From: an uncultured Gammaproteobacteria bacterium
GTDB taxonomy: Bacteria > Patescibacteriota > Microgenomatia > Levybacterales > GWA1-39-11
Reading direction: 5' to 3'
DNA length: 64,000 nt
Assembly (NCBI GenBank): GCA_964472415.1
Contig: CAYYLC010000001.1
Coordinates: 131,269 to 195,268 of the forward strand
Every line of letters begins with the position of its first letter. Within the stretch, counting starts at the first letter, position 1. The notes beneath the pieces were generated by a model. It ran no database searches. It was not told the DNA's origin and saw only the letters and a program-made list of their open reading frames with translations. The translations under genes were made by a program, and so were the position numbers. This document shows positions 62,948-64,000 of the stretch, piece after piece.

Positions 62948-64000
62948 CTATCTAATTTTCCTTTTTAAGATAAAGGCAAATAAGAGTATCACAGCTGTTA
63001 CTGAGGAGACTATAATGCCAATCGTTAGATATGGTTGACTATATCTCATGATGACGTGATTGTTCCCTCTAGAAACCTTAAATCCCCTAAATCCATCTGA
63101 AACATTATAGAATGATGATTTCTTTCCGTTTATCTCTATTTCCCAGCCGTCGTCTAAAATTTCAGAAGATGCAATAATTGCGTCCTTTTTTGATTGTATG
63201 GTAAGTACAATTCTGCTCGAGTCGTATGCATTTATCGTGATATCCGTATCCTCAGGATTTTGTTCAGAGTCTATTCCTTCATGATTTGAAACATAGACTA
63301 CTTGTGGTGGACTTTCAGGTACTCCGCAATTATTTTTCATACAGGAAATTACTCTATATGGTACGAAAAATCGGGGCAAATAATTGACTACTTCATATAT
63401 ATAGTGATTGTTGCCAGAATTGGGTATTCTGTATGGGATACCTGGAGTATAGGACATGAATGTTTCATGAGGATGATCTGATGGAGAGATAGTTTTGATT
63501 AGTTTTAGAAGAGAGCTATTTTCATTTTCTTGATCTATTGTTACTAAGTATTTTGTATTGGTAAATTGTAACTCTTGAATTTTTTCAAATCGAGAAGTCT
63601 TTTGTGATGCGGGATAGGGGATAGAGTCATAGCCAGATGTGGATGGGACATCCATGAAAGAGGCATTATAGGCAAATTGATTTCGAGCAAAATAATACCT
63701 AAATAAATTGTCTTTTGTAGGTTTTTCTGGGATAAGGGAGTTTAATTCATAATAATTCTCATAAGATGTTTCCATGTGAAAATGTGGAATATTGTGATAA
63801 TAAAAACGGAGTTCAAAGATCAAAATAACAAGTCCTATAAATAGGAATATCTGCTTGTTCGTTTTTCTGAACAAATTAATAAGCAAAAGGCTGAAGAAGA
63901 AAAGTATTATTGCTCGAGAAAAACTTACGACAATATCAAAGTTTCCTGATGAGCAAGTGACTCCTCCACTGCAAAGATATGGCATGGTTAATGTTGCGAT
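62948..64000 (-). CDS. YfhO/PF10131-like GT-C membrane protein, C-terminal part; N-terminus runs beyond the window end
   Basis: C-terminus ILDDGWEIEINGKKSSFYNVSDGFRGFKVSRGNNHVIMRYSQPYLTIGIIVSSVTAVILLFAFIL parallels the YfhO paralog C-termini; the in-window reading frame is still in TM segments at 63985. Confidence 0.55.
   Translation of the reverse strand: MATLTMPYLCSGGVTCSSGNFDIVVSFSRAIILFFFSLLLINLFRKTNKQIFLFIGLVILIFELRFYYHNIPHFHMETSYENYYELNSLIPEKPTKDNLFRYYFARNQFAYNASFMDVPSTSGYDSIPYPASQKTSRFEKIQELQFTNTKYLVTIDQENENSSLLKLIKTISPSDHPHETFMSYTPGIPYRIPNSGNNHYIYEVVNYLPRFFVPYRVISCMKNNCGVPESPPQVVYVSNHEGIDSEQNPEDTDITINAYDSSRIVLTIQSKKDAIIASSEILDDGWEIEINGKKSSFYNVSDGFRGFKVSRGNNHVIMRYSQPYLTIGIIVSSVTAVILLFAFILKRKIR

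Overview
The window is low-GC bacterial DNA with tightly packed genes that often overlap. It looks like an uncultivated, possibly Patescibacteria/CPR-like organism, but that is an inference. Four blocks are visible. (1) 1-3.1 kb holds housekeeping and small genes: a partial RRM RNA-binding protein, a CsaA-like tRNA-binding protein, Ogt and a MORN-repeat protein. (2) 3.1-11.2 kb is a minus-strand type I restriction-modification operon in the order HTH, hsdM, KilA-N gene, hsdS, 327-aa HEPN-like ORF, hsdR. Two non-R-M genes are therefore embedded in it, and the operon sits next to tRNA-Gln. This is the most interesting candidate for a novel defence module. (3) 11.6-23.1 kb is an F-type ATPase operon (epsilon, beta, gamma, alpha, delta, b) with no subunit-a gene. 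Beta carries an acidic, repetitive C-terminal tail. In the subunit-c position is a 263-aa secreted protein whose C-terminal hairpin is c-like but lacks the ion-binding carboxylate. A 1629-aa giant surface protein lies directly upstream. Lon, with duplicated promoters and a CIRCE-like inverted repeat, and a MazG-like gene follow on the plus strand. (4) 27.3-64 kb is an almost entirely co-directional glycosylation supercluster of about 34 kb. Around tRNA-Glu it contains about 10 GT2, 3 GT4, 3 or 4 YfhO-family, 3 PF10131-like, 4 GT39/ArnT-like and 2 GT87-like membrane transferases, plus 2 Wzx flippases and galE. Several first genes of operons show a TATAAT-like box 6-8 nt before the ATG, which fits leaderless mRNAs. 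No CRISPR array, integrase or transposase was recognised.
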